Below, piece after piece: positions 24,567 to 37,180 of a DNA stretch of 40,201 bases. The stretch spans positions 68,540,191 to 68,580,391 of the forward strand of contig NC_068988.1 in NCBI RefSeq assembly GCF_001194135.2, read 5' to 3'. The notes below the pieces were generated by a model, which saw only the letters and a list, made by a program, of their open reading frames with translations, was not told the origin of the DNA and did not search any database. The DNA is from Octopus bimaculoides. Its lineage: Eukaryota. How positions within the stretch are numbered: the stretch's first letter is position 1; each line of letters begins with the position of its first letter. A program made the translations under genes and the position numbers.

Positions 24567-27555
24567 CATCATTAAGATTCAGTTGAATTAGGTACTTGAG
24601 TTGAGGCACACGAAGTCAGTCCGGTACTATCCGCACTGTACGAAGTAAGGTGAATAAAATGAAAATAATAGGATGAAAAGTTTTTTATGCAATCCCGTTT
24701 GAAGCGACCCCATTTAATCGAACAATGCAAGCATTACATCAATATAAATACAGTGCTATCGTCAGGTGCAAGAAATGCGGATTTTCAACAGACAAGATAT
24801 TTTAATATCATTTTTCTAAAATATTGTCAGAGCTAGAGGACGAAATAATTTCATGTTGCCTCTATTGCAGTAAGAATAATCTAAGAGAAGAACATCATCT
24901 TAATTTATCTATACCTTAAGCTGCTTCGGTGTAAATACCTTAAACTGTCCTCATTATTATATTTTCCTGCTTTTATATCTACGTCTTTATATATATTTCT
25001 TATTAATTTGCTATTAATTCTTATTAAATATGAATTCTTATTATTTTGATTTCTTATCGTTGCATATTTTCCTTATAACTTTCTTGTCCTTTATGTTCTA
25101 TCTTTATTGTATATTGTTAAATTTTTATATAGTATTGAATATTGGATTTCTTTATTATTTGCACGCCTATTTACCTTAGCATATACTAGTATAGCATTCT
25201 ATTTGTCGCAGAGCATGTTACATCTTATCTCCGCATATATGCAAGTAAACTTTCAGTATTGGTGCGTTTCCCTGTTGGTACGGTGGAGTTACATACATAA
25301 ACTAAGAGACACACACGTACATTAATGCACACCTGAAGCCTATCTCTGTCCTTGTGTGTATCTGTCTCTGTCTCTAGATGTGTGTGTCAGTCGTCACAAA
25401 AATCTATGTGCACTGACAGACACATACACCGTCACACACATATACTTGTCAGTCATCGGCCTAACGTAAGTAACGAACGTGCGAAAACACTCATATAGAA
25501 AATGTGAGGTCATAGTCATTGCCATTGAAGTGGCGATATAAAATGTCGTTTACGATAGGTGACTAAAAGAAAAATGATAACGTTAAGCTTTTGTACTGTA
25601 AACATGTGAATGAAAATATCGTTTAGTTGGTAGCCAAAAGCTTACTGAATTTTTTGATACTCCTTGTGTCAAAATCGGCAACTAGGTTTTGGAATGCAGT
25701 AGGAACATACGCGCACGCACACACACATACAAACTCTCTTTTATATAATTTTTTTATAATGTTATAAAATCTTTGATCAGGAAGTTACAAACCGTTTTGG
25801 GGAAGACTTTTTTGTAGTCTGTGTGCGCATTCAATTAATCTTTTCGAACACACATGCATTTGTATATATGTATGTATATAAGAATGTATGTATGTATGTA
25901 TGTTTATGTGTGTGGGTATATTAAATGGTACCGTGGCTGGTCGTTCTCAGTGTAATTGTTTAGCATTTCATAAAGTCTGACCATTCCTTTTTTTTTTGTT
26001 TCCACACACCATTTTTCTTTCTTTCTTTCTTTCTTTTTTTTTTTTTTTGCTACATTCTTAAATGTGTCATTCCTCTTTTTTAGATAGTGAATGATTCAAG
26101 AATATCTCGCTGTTGCTTATGGCATCTCTGATAACAGTATATAAATTTATTTGTTGGAATCGTTAACAGTGTCTGGCGAGCGATCCAACGGAGCAAAATA
26201 ATGACTCGCTGCGTTGCCGACGGCGAAAGAACTGGATATGGACTTACCGTTCGCGACAATCAACATTCAGTTTTCTGTACAACTGTATTTTAACTCGTAA
26301 AATAATCGCATATGTGACTGAATATTCCACGGGAAAATCTACCCTTATTATAATTCTCAGACTGTATCACTATGATACAATGTGATAAAGCTGAACGTTT
26401 CGATCACGGAAGCAACAGAGTGAGAACTATAGAAGAACTGATTCCAGTATTACGCTGCTACTTAATTTATCCACACCAAATCGATGAAAAGCAAATTTGA
26501 AGTTCTTGGGATGTGAACCGTATGTGCAGGCAATCGCAACTAATCGGGAACCTTGATTATCTAGCATAATTAGTTGTCCTTCATGATTATTTCTTATATT
26601 TTTGTTTGTAGATATAAATGATGCAATAAATGCTTCGTCTAAAGTATTTTTCCTGTTACTATCTCACTGATATACTTCCCAGTCGAAGAACTTACTTAGC
26701 AATCTCACTTCTATTTATAACAACTCTTCAATAAATGATATATTGATGTGACGTTAATGACTAATTGATTATTACTTTGCAGTTAATGGCACAGCGAAAT
26801 GTATCCATGACTAATTCTTGCATCGTAATAGGATTGTTTTGCTAGTAACTATGGAAATTATTTGTAGACTGTTTTATATTCATACACTCCTTATTTATAA
26901 AACAAAAATAAAAAAAAAAACTTTCTCTGGGTAGGTATGCATACAGGAATCTTTCACATAACTGGTTGAAGGCAATTTTCTTCATTTAGATACTTTCATT
27001 AATTGTTGTTTTTTCCACGAATAAGAAGTAGTTATCTATAAATTGATCAGTTCCGCTTGTGAGCTGTTTAAATTAAAAACTCATCAGATTCTCATTTCTA
27101 TTTCTAGCGTTAACAAGAGCTGTAAATGCATGTGTAACGCATCTCCTCATTTACTATTACAAACGAAGTTTACAGTTAGACATTTAATCTTGCAAGCACG
27201 GAATCTTTAAATCACTAAAACCACAATCCATACCGAGAAGGTGAGCATTGCATAATGTTTAAACAGACCATCAGAACGGATAATTTAACCAAACTGGAAA
27301 AGAGAATAAAAGAAACAGAGGAACCGAATTCTCAGTAGTTTAGATTGGAAACAGAAAATGCTGTGATAGGAATAATATTTTCTATATACAATAAGATTTG
27401 TCATATACATCAACCAAAAGTACAAGTTAATACAAGCCGAATCTAGTGTAAAGTAAGGGAGTGTTTATCAGATTCCAGTATTTTTCAACATAACTATCCA
27501 CTTTCAGTATTGTATTCTTATGATTACCTATTTACAAAAGTCTAGTTACCAATTC

Positions 27556-27937
27556 TTAGGACCCTCTTCGGAATGTCCATGGGATTGCACCCAGAAAGTT
27601 ACCTTCCGAGGCACAAGTCCGGGCAAGGTTGTTCATGGAAGACCAGCAGTTGCCCATGCATACCGGCCTCCCCTCTCCACGCCACCAATTTTATCCACTG
27701 GAAAGGCAAAGGCCGATACAGCTTGGCACCAGTGACGTCGCAACTCATTTCTACAGCTGAGTAAACTGGAGCAGCGTAAAATAAAGTGTCTNNNNNNNNN
27801 NACAGCTGAGTAAACTGGAGCAGCGTAAAATAAAGTGTCTTGCTCAAGAACACAACACACAGCCCGGTCCGGGATTCGAACTCACAACCTCACAGTAGTA
27901 ATTTCGGCACTCTAACTACTGAGCCATGCGCCTTCAC
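27556..27937 (-). mobile_element. Full-length tRNA-derived CORE-like SINE (family D)
   Basis: Minus strand: A-box tggctcagtagttag, B-box gagttcgaatccc, then tgtgttcttgagcaagacactt...ctccagtttactcagctgtagaaatgagt (CORE-like). Split by a 10-N gap. Confidence 0.85.
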
Positions 27938-28049
27938 AGTTATCAATATATGCTGCATATTTCATCTACTCGGTTGATTTTGTGCACTAGATATTTTGAA
28001 ATCATTTCACTTTGTTTCATAATAGTATTAGTAGTTTCATGGCTACCGT

Positions 28050-28265
28050 CGATTTAGTGGAATCGTTAGTACGCCGGGCAAAATATTTTGTGGAATTTCG
28101 ACCATCTCCTCGTTCTAAGTTCAAATACTACTGAGGTAGACAGACATTGCGCTCCTTCTTTCTGAGCTTGAAGAAAAAAGTACCAATTAAGCACTAGGGG
28201 CGAAGTAATCGTCTATCCCCTCCCTCAAAATTTCAGGCCATGTCTTATATTTAAAAGGATTATTT
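28050..28265 (+). mobile_element. Degenerate SINE family A copy
   Basis: gaatcgttagtacgccgggcaaa...aagttcaaat...aagtaccaattaagcact...cccctccctcaaaatttcaggcc. Confidence 0.7.
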
Positions 28266-28591
28266 ATATTATACCGGTAAATATAAGAACGAAATATGAG
28301 TTTTATGGAATTCTTTTGAGAACAAATAATTTCGAGACTCCATATGGGCTGATATTATATGATAACATCTTTACTTATCTGTGGATAATTATAGTTGGCT
28401 ACTGTAACTATTTGTCTTCAATGATTAAATAAGGATAATTACATTTGCTCGTAATATATTACATTGAATGCAGCCATAAATATTATTAAAAAAACTGGAC
28501 TCCATATGTTCGGAAATGAATATTGTGATATACGCACATAGACACTTATTTTTACCAATTCTTACGATGCAATACAATATGATTAAGTTTA

Positions 28592-29800
28592 TATACATGA
28601 AAGAAGTAAATAGACACCCTTATAATCATTGAAATTTATTTAAATCTGAATTTATGCATTCAAATTATTTGTTAGTTGTTATAATGTGAACATTTAATAT
28701 TTAGTAGACATTCTCTTCGCATTTTTTAATGCAAGGGCCCTATTAGGCATGTTACTGATCAGATGGTGAATATTCTCTTGCGGCATTTCTTCCTATGTTT
28801 CATGCAATAATCTCAAGAGATCTGGATTTGAAGATGCTTTCTTGTTCTGTTTATGGAATGTCCAGTCCATTATGCCCCAGAGGTGTTCTATAGGGTTCAT
28901 ATCTGGTGACTGGCTTGGCTATGGAAGTTTTCTAATGCCATTCTTTTCCAACAAATTTTGGATCATTTTAACCGTGTGACAAGGAATCTCATCTTCCATA
29001 TATAGAGAATCTTCTTTAATCATTTCACCACTGGAGAAGTTTGGAAGGAGTCTGTTCTGCGATATGGACATATATTTATTTGAGTCTATCTTTCCCTCGC
29101 ACTCCACCAGCTCTGATCAAACATTGCTCCAAATTGTTCCCCAGAGCATCACAGAATAGCTGCTGTGTTTCATTGCTGATTGCAATCTTTTCACATCAAA
29201 TTCTTGATCACAGAGTCTCCAAACCCACACTCGACCACTGTTAGAAAATACAGGAAAGCTGAACTCATCAAAGAATATGACAGTGACCTACCATCTAACT
29301 TGCTCAAACTTTTCTCCGCTTCATATTGGCTGGTCAAAGATGTGGCTTCCTTCTTCCTGCTCTGCCATAGTAACCATGTTTGTGGAGATACCTGGCAGCT
29401 GTTCTGGGACTGATATCAACTTGCTCTGCTATGTGAGAGGCCTTGCAACGAGGACTATCCTCCACACTTCTCTTAGCAAAGATAAGGGTCCTGTCAGAGG
29501 GCTCTAGTTGATCTGGACTCCTTCCCCCTCCCCGATGAATTGCAGAATCACTTTATTAACTATAGAAAGCGGGATCTCAAGGTTTTCTATGATTTTACGC
29601 TGACTATATCTACCTTCCGAATGACCCATAATACGGCCTCTTTGAAATTCAGACAGTTCCAAGGCTTCTTTTGTACATGGCATGATTAAACAGCCACATA
29701 TAGAGTCTGAAACATAAACATGTCAATTAATAAGAAATATAAACCTTTACAAGTTAGAATAAACATAAAACGATGTTTTATAGGGTGTCTATTTACTTAG
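28592..29800 (-). mobile_element. Near full-length Tc1 (DD34E) DNA transposon, transposase pseudogenised
   Basis: Inverted repeats aagtaaatagacaccct (28604-28620) and agggtgtctatttactt (29782-29798). Minus strand reads ...HIAEQVDISPRTAARYLHKHGYYGR..RKP..., IFFDEFS, SNSGRVWVWR, MEDEIPCHT...*PSQSPDMNPIEHLWG, with 34 residues between D2 and E and multiple stops. Confidence 0.9.
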
Positions 29801-30254
29801 TTTCCCGTCACCGGTTTTCAAGCCACAGAAACATATTCATAAACACTTCACTAATACCTTCACAACCAAAAATACACTCAATTTTATAGAGGAGAAATGT
29901 TAAGATCCGATCCACTGGCAACCTACTATCATGTGTTACTCACCCATAGACATCCCCGTTGAGAAATTTTATGGGAAGACTTGTCCCTATCATCAGCAAA
30001 ACTTTGAACCGTGTCTGGCGCATAAATCACTTGTCCATTTGTCTCTAGGCTCTTTGATCTTTCTCTTGATTTATATTCCCGCGGTGTATACTTTCAGAGC
30101 ACTTCCTGACTCATACACTATCAAATCTGGTGTGCAAGATTAATTTTTTTCCCAGCAAGCGATTACTACTACACATCAATGACATATTTTCCGTTAACTC
30201 AACATTTCGTTAACTGCACACTTCGTTACATCTAAACATTCCACAACCAAGTGT

Positions 30255-30399
30255 CATGGCGTTAAATCAGCATAAATTCCGCGAACAGTGGTCCCCAAAA
30301 GTCCCCTAGTGCCGGTAATATGAATTTTGTCCCTCAACTTGGGCCGATTAAAGCCTTGGGAGTGAATTTGGTAGGCGGAAACTGTAAGAAGACCGTCGT

Positions 30400-30465
<66 letters not shown>

Positions 30466-30748
30466 GTGTGTTTGTGTGTGTGTGTGCGTGCGTGTGTGCG
30501 TGTGTGTGTGTGTGTGTGATGTGTGCATGTGTATGTGTGTTTTTGCGTTTGTGTTTGTCCCCACCACCGTTTGACAACTGGTACTGGTGTGTTTACGTCG
30601 CTGTAACTTAGCAGTTCAGCAAACGTCCGATACAGTAAGTACCAGAGTTATAAAACAAATAAGGACTGGGGTCGATGCATTCGACAAACAATTCTTCAAA
30701 GCTGTACCCCAGCATGGCTACACTCAAATGACTGAAACAACTAAAAAA
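30255..30748 (+). mobile_element. SINE family B copy with an internal (TA)n(TG)n microsatellite
   Basis: The 5' half matches 8590-8749 and 35095-35180; the 3' half matches 9495-9590 and 3037-3076; the microsatellite at 30402-30540 lies between them. Confidence 0.7.
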
Positions 30749-31503
30749 TTATTTATCTCCCTACACCTGTACTCAACATTTGGTGAAGGCACTTAATCGG
30801 TATACCAGACATAAAAAAAAAACCGCTCTCCCTACACAGAGCAAGAAAATACCAACAGCTGTTATAAATTAAAAGTATAATGAAGTACTGCTCCCAGATA
30901 TGGGACAGGGATGATATCATTAAAAGACAGAAAATTTTATGAAAATTCGATTTTCTAAATTTCTTTTGAAGAATAATTTTGCATCAGTTGTTATTTATCG
31001 CTTTGTTTATATTTATTATTTTTTGTTGGATACTTTGCAATTTTACTGTTCTGAAGTGCAGTGGATACAATAACTAGGGAAAAGTCCTCTAACCTTATTA
31101 GTAGGGAACTTTGATTTACATACACATCTTCCCATATCCGCCACATACATATGCATGTGTGTGTTTGTGCGTGTTTGTGTGTATGTATGTATATAGGAAA
31201 CCCATTCTTTTTATTTCTCCGTATATGCCAATATCTACTGCTGCTGCTGGGGCTAGTGGTGGTGATTGTCAAAATGATTGTAGTTACATATGAATAGACA
31301 TATTAATTATATCCAAACTTCCACACATAACATCTCCGTATTCCCCCCAACCCGGCCCTCCCCACCATACCACCACATCCTCCACCCTGAACCCTGGCAA
31401 ATATTTAGCGTTTGTTTACAGGGCACAAAGGAGGGCGGCAAAAGGGGTTTGACGTTAACCCCTATATCCTTGAGAAACAAAGGCGACACAAAAGTGTGTA
31501 TCT

Positions 31504-31566
<63 letters not shown>

Positions 31567-33106
31567 CTTGTGAGTCTATATACGCAAGTGTAGAGAGTGA
31601 GCATCATGGCGGCGTGGCAGATCGGTGCAGAGTAAAAAAAAAAAAAGACAAATTGTAAAGGTGGTGGTGGTGGTGGGGTGGGGTTGAAACAAGCACTGAT
31701 TAAATGAATAGTGATGAGGAGAATGGTGATGATGATGGTGATGTTGATGATGATGACGATGACGATAATGATGATGATCGCGATGATGATGGTGATGATG
31801 ATGTTGATAATGAATTTCATGATTTTGTTAATGTTGGCGATGGTGTTGGGGATTGTTGAGACGTTGGCATGANNNNNNNNNNTGCGTGTTCGTATGTATG
31901 CATGCATGTGTGTGTATCCATTAGTGTGAGTATGCTAAAAATGTAATAAATCTTTGGATTTAATTAAATGTAAGCGAATTCGATAAAACAGTGCTGGTTG
32001 ATATATTGCCTTATAATAGCAGTTATTTCAGAAATTGTCTGTCTGTATCTTTATTACAGTTTATCATGGAGATTTCTGCTGATAGCATTTCCATTTTTAA
32101 CTCACAATGTCTAAGATTCTTTTATTCACGATATATTTGATGTTGCTAACTCAGTAACTAAAAATGTCCATAAAAAGTTAATGAGAAATATACAGAAAAA
32201 ATAAACATTTACATTTTCAGCTTTGTTACAATAAGTGAATACTTTTCCTGATGTTTAAAGGACATGGGCAAAGGTACTACACACTGGTAAATTAATTTTG
32301 CTTGCAATCACGTGCTCACTAGCGCTAATAAGTAAATCATTGAATGGACAATAAAAATGTGATTTCACCACTTTTGTGGAACACAAGAAATTGCAAACCA
32401 GATTATTTGAATTGCTCATTCACTATTTCAGTCATCTGTGTAAGTAAGTCTCAATATGTATGTTGGTATACATATAGACAGACATACATGCATGAATATA
32501 TATTTAGTCAAGATCAGATCCAGCGGATCTCAATATAGAAAACATTTTGTAGCGCTCAAAGGATCGAACTTAGACTCCGAATTCTTTACGAGTGACCAAT
32601 TACAAGGGGTGAAGAATGACTGTAACAGGAATCCAAGTTAGAAGAGATGGAGATAATTATGCAGATAAGCAAATAAAATATAACAAATTGGGGCTGATAT
32701 AAAATATATAAGAATTCCTTCTATCCTGATAATGGAGGCACGATTTATCTGATTATTATTTACTGGCTGCATATTTTGGTGAACTACATGTACCAATATC
32801 ATTTTGGGTCTCCGAGCCCCCAGAAACAGCTTTTGGGCGTATAACACCTTATTTCCTCCCCTTTAATTCTCTTTATTGTTTGTACTCTGTCAAGCTTGAA
32901 CTATTCATAAAAAAATGTATATTATTCTTAAATATTGATCGTCTGAAATTCTTCAGTTTTTATTTTCTTTTTGTATAGTTTTTATACACACATATATATT
33001 TTGTATATCAAACTCAAAGTTGTATTATTTAGCCCCCCCTCTCTCTCTGTATATATATATATATCTATATCTATCTATCTACTATCTATCTATCTATCTA
33101 TCTATC

Positions 33107-33165
<59 letters not shown>

Positions 33166-34397
33166 GTGTGTGTGTGTACATTGAGAGAGAGAGAGAAAGG
33201 GGGAAGTAGGAAAGAGAAAGTGGGAAGAAGGAGAGAGAAAGAGAGAAAGAGAGAGAGAGACTTAGATTAATGGTTTAAGTTACACTTGGGCATGACCGTT
33301 AATGATGCTGCTCTTTCTACAACACTTATGTAGTTGGTTGACTTACGCAATTTCTCTTACATTATAGAATGGTTAACTTTATGGAAGCTTTCCCCAAAGT
33401 GATATGTCACGTTCATATCAAAAAAACTAAGTGGCAGTTTAAAAGCCTATTGCAATGACGTAGAAGCTGTGTGAAACCGTTTCTTCTAACATAGAAACCG
33501 AGCTGACTACCAGTTAGCAAATAATTTTCTTCAGCGAATGTGAACGGTTCCATTTTGATAATTTGTCCCATGATTCTGATAATATGTTGAGTGAGAAAGA
33601 AGGATTTTAAAGATTTAGTATCTTCCTTTATGAATGGTGCATATTATACCGTTTTTTGTGGGTTTTTTTTTTTTTTTTTAATATGGAGGGTATTCACTCG
33701 GAAGGAAAGTTTAGAAGTTATATGGTAATTCATTTTTCTAAAGTTTGTTTACATGGTTTTGAGAGAATTGCTAGAAAACCATTTCAACCAGTTGCTCAGT
33801 TTAGCCTAATTTCATTTGTCACTAATAGTACACACTCAGCCTTTATTACTCATATATCATTTGGTTCCCACTTCGCTATAAAGTTGTGTTGAAGAAATAA
33901 TGAGGTTTATCATTTCCCTGTGTTCCACGGAAGAGTTGCAAATATTTTAATTGATCATTCAGTATTTTACTTAACTTTTTGTGTGTGAGGGTCTACAGTG
34001 AGTGTGCTATTGTCTTGCAACAGTAGGTCTAATTTATTATGTAAAGAGTTGATCTTTTAGCGGCATTTCAATCTACAGAAAGCATAAGGAACTGTTTCTT
34101 TATTTTCAAAAGCCATTGTTTCATTTACAACTATTTCTTCTTCAAAAGAATGTTTGATTTCTGTACAGTTAAAGCTATTTGATAAACCTTTGTTTTTCCA
34201 CTATGTCTGAGTATTATGTGTCTATGCATAATAGCCTTTCTTCCTGTGAGAATTAAAATATAGTCTACATTATTAGCATAAATTGGTTAAATTACATGCC
34301 AGTATTTTGAATTGAGTGAATTTCGTGAGTCTTGTTTAAGAATATATGTATCTTATTTTGAGTCATAATTATGGAAGTCAAGCAATATGTGTGTGTG

Positions 34398-34525
<128 letters not shown>

Positions 34526-34824
34526 ATTCCGTTAGGAACGTGGTAGAGTAGAGCTCATCCACCGTCAGTGTTTCTTCAGGCATTATATAAGTGTTGTCTC
34601 CGTTCGTTTAAATCGTCGACTTCAAGGCCATCTCATTAGTTCATCGTGGTTTGAATTTAGTAGTGGTTGATACACCAATGTTGTGTGCCGCGAGAGCGCC
34701 ATTGTCCGATAAACGCCCCCAAAAAATTCCTCACGATTGCTAAATTACCTTCCACAAATCTTACACGAACAGTCAAATAGTGTAGCCTCCCCAGTTGCGG
34801 GACCTGCATCAACCTTATTGAAGA

Positions 34825-35095
34825 CATAACATCATCATCTGTCATTTTGAATCCTGGTTTTGTCCCCATTAATGGGGGTGGCTGGATCTACCTTAATGCC
34901 ATAGCAACCGCCCCACACCGTCTCACCATCTTGCCCGGTTTGGGGCGTCCTAATCTCTCAAGCCAACCCTCCATATCTCCTCCTCCACCTATCCTTTCCA
35001 CATTTTCCTCGGCCTACCTCACTTTTGCCGTACATTCTCCTCAAACTCTAGCACCCTATTCAGAACATGCTCCTCATCACTCTTCAACACATGCC
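34825..35095 (-). mobile_element. 3' end of an RTE-clade LINE
   Basis: GHVLKSDEEHVLNRVLEFEENVRQK*GRPRKMWKG*VEEEIWRVGL..DAPNRARW is the typical RTE C-terminus. The 3' UTR carries the palindrome ccccattaatgggg and ends in a short (GAT)n tail. Confidence 0.85.
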
Positions 35096-35185
35096 CGGGT
35101 TCAGTCCCACTGCATTGCATTTGGTTAATTATCTTCTACTGTAGCATTGGGTCGACCACAGTCTTGTGGCTAGACTTTATACACG
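35095..35185 (+). mobile_element. Headless fragment of SINE family B
   Basis: ccgggttcagtcccactg (B-box-like)...tcttctactgtagc.ttgggtcgacc, followed by (TA)/(GATA)n. Confidence 0.55.
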
Positions 35186-35203
35186 GAACATAGATATATA
35201 TAT

Positions 35204-35248
<45 letters not shown>

Positions 35249-36719
35249 AAGATAGCAAAAATTTAGATTCAGGTGAATATGGTACTTAAGTTTAGGCACC
35301 AGAATTTAGTACAATATCATCCATACAATTTCAAAGTAAGGTGATTAAAATCAAAATAAGCAGCAAGGATATCCAGAGGTAATGCAGTACGATCGTTTCA
35401 TGCAACTCCATTTAATCGAACAATGTAATCATTACATCAATTTAAAATGCAGACCAATTTTCTGCTGCACAAAGACATAGAATTTAATTAAATTAGAACA
35501 GATGGATACATTAGTATAATACCTAAAATCTCCTTTATTCACTTAAGCTTTAGATACGCAAAGTTTGATATGATAGACTATGAATCTAAACTAAAACAAC
35601 AAATAAAATCAGTGACAGGCAGAGTCTTCTCTGACATTTTATTTATTAGCTTCCCTGGCGGGGCTGAAGTAAGATATTCTCTGTCTGTCTCCCTAACTTC
35701 TGGGAGATTTTAGGTATTATCATACTAATGTGTCCGTCTGTTCTAATTTAATTAAATTCTATGTCTTTGTACTCATATTTCGAGTATTTAACAACAAGAT
35801 ACGCTTTCGATAAAACAGTTGCTCCCGCAAAGCAATTAAATAAAATTTAGAATTTTGCAGAGTGTCAAAATTTGTAACACAAACAGGACAATGAAAACAA
35901 ACAGGAAGGGCTGCTAAGCCTATACGAGGTTGTGGTGGCGAACGCGTAAATCAAGCTTGGACAGGACACAGAGAAGAACACGATTTCCTTGATCCAGCTA
36001 CAACGGAGAGAAAGAAAGAAACACAAGTTAGAAGAAGAAAGATGGTCGATGGTCACGTGGGAGCCACGTGAGCAAGGGAGGAAGCGTGAGGATAGAGCGT
36101 AACAGACGGAGAACTGTGAATGGGAGAGGAAAAAACTGGAGATAGAATAGGTGAGAAAAAAACAGGAGGGGGGAAAGGGAGAAAGGAAGAGAGAAAAAAC
36201 GAAAGAGTAATAGAATAGAATAATGTGAGAAGAGGAAGTAAAAGAATAAGAGAAAGAATGAGAGAAAAACGAAAGAGTAAAGAGATAGTAGAGTGCGCAT
36301 CAGAATTATTAAGATAAAACTTACTTGGAAGAGGATTCGTGGCGTTCAAATATATAATAATATAAATAATATATATATGCATATATATATACGTCTATAT
36401 ACATCGTGCGTACGGGTACGTATTATGCTAGGTGAGTATGGGCAACGCAGCACAGATGAACTGGCCGCATGATGAAGCTTCCAACGACCAGTGCTTGTAG
36501 GAATGTGCCTGTTAATGCCAGTTGCTATTTTATAAATCTTATGTAACACTTGAGGAACATTGGCACCAACCCTAAAACAAAGCAGTATTTAAAACGCCTT
36601 CGTTAATCCTTTAAACTAAATACAGTTTTGGCAATGCAATATTTTTGCCATACGTCATATTTAAATATTTTTCTCACTCTCTCCACGCGCTCTCAGTCAT
36701 ACTGAAGAAGCACAAACAT

Positions 36720-36801
36720 ATTTATGTCCATGTATATATACGTACATGTACATGTGTATGTGTTTATGTGTGTATAAGTATATATATGTATATATGTATG
36801 C

Positions 36802-36873
<72 letters not shown>

Positions 36874-36880
36874 GTATGTG

Positions 36881-36911
<31 letters not shown>

Positions 36912-36935
36912 GTATACGTGTATGTGCATATGTGT
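36720..36935 (+). repeat. Degenerate (TA)/(TG)/(TATG) simple repeat
   Basis: Seen directly. Confidence 0.9.
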
Positions 36936-37119
36936 ATATGTGCGTGGTTGGCGTTGATAACTAGCTCAAAACGATAGATTGTATCTATAAACGTGCCAAT
37001 TGATATTTAAAACCTTCGTTTATATTTCCTCTCTCTCTTTCTTTCACTCTTCATCTCTCCGCTCTGTCTTTTCTTCCAGTTCTTGTCTTTTAGACTCGTT
37101 CGCACTCTCCCCCACTCTA

Positions 37120-37180
<61 letters not shown>

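Noticed and set aside
25378-25465. 88-nt segment between a strong acceptor and a GTAAGT donor
   Set aside because: The content derives from AC/GT repeats, two frames are equally open, and there is no protein signal.
27081-27087. Minus-strand CTGATGA with a possible stem
   Set aside because: Followed by ACAA instead of GAAA, with no stem I.
29975-29996. Minus-strand CTGATGA-TAGGGA...TCCCA-TAAA
   Set aside because: The GAAA box is absent and there is no complementary stem I; it overlaps a possible exon.
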